This document shows, in pieces, positions 63,623 to 64,000 of a stretch of 64,000 bases of DNA (position 1 is its first letter; every line of letters starts with the position of its first letter). Under the pieces are notes generated by a model, which worked only from the letters and a program-made list of their open reading frames with translations, was not told the DNA's origin and made no database searches. The position numbers and the translations under genes are program-made. The DNA is taken from assembly GCA_977017645.1 (NCBI GenBank), contig OZ360227.1, forward strand, positions 102,734,001 through 102,798,000, given 5' to 3'. Origin of the DNA: Torpedo marmorata (Eukaryota).

Positions 63623-64000
63623 AAGACCTTTTTTTGTTACCTTCAGTTGCGATCCTTCCTTAGGGCCAATTTGGGCCCGGAAATGACTCTACCGGGACTC
63701 TCTGAAAAGGAGAAACTACTCCATGAAGGAAATGTATATGTTTATTTCTAGAATGTACTTTTTATTGATGAGTGAGAGCCCAAAGCCAGGTTTGCATAAG
63801 TCTAGGGTGAGAGGGGAGTCAGACCTAGACACAACAATTGACGAACAACTCTGGTCAGATCTGTGTCAGGGAAGTTTGTTGGCTACTATCAATGCCAGAT
63901 ATAGATTGGTCCATTATAATTTTCTCCATCAACTGTACCTCACCCCACAGAAATTACACCAATATAAACCTGAATTATCAGAGATGTGTTTTAGGTGTGG
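63623..64000 (+). mobile_element. L1-clade LINE A, continuation after the nested insertion
   Basis: Resumes KTFF/CYLQLRSFLRANLGPEMTLP...HYNFLHQLYLTPQKL, homologous to the L1 at 27355-28884. Confidence 0.9.

Overview
AT-rich vertebrate genomic DNA, most likely from a cartilaginous fish (shark or ray), judged from the repeat set: V-SINE/HE1-type and Deu-type SINEs plus CR1, Rex1/Babar, L1/Tx1, RTE and Penelope elements. The only host gene I can recognise is a JAZF1-family zinc-finger gene on the minus strand. Its last two coding exons lie at 53763-53932 and 50601-50777, and the upstream exons lie beyond the right edge. The ~50 kb downstream has no recognisable exons. It consists of nested, mostly dead transposon fossils interspersed with repeat-free TAAT-rich islands that may be conserved non-coding elements. 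Most long ORFs in the supplied track are retroelement fragments or their antisense shadows. The most notable signals are: (1) a recurring minimal hammerhead-ribozyme-like motif in Penelope 3' tails, including short TSD-flanked and inverted inserts; (2) a CpG-rich solo-LTR-like element with an NRF1-motif array, a YY1 site and outward-facing splice donors; (3) an L1 insertion with a 57-bp target duplication; (4) a perfect 30-bp palindrome; (5) indications that the JAZF1 gene is a divergent paralog next to a gene desert. Family names were assigned by eye and not by database search. There is an assembly gap at 2520-2673.
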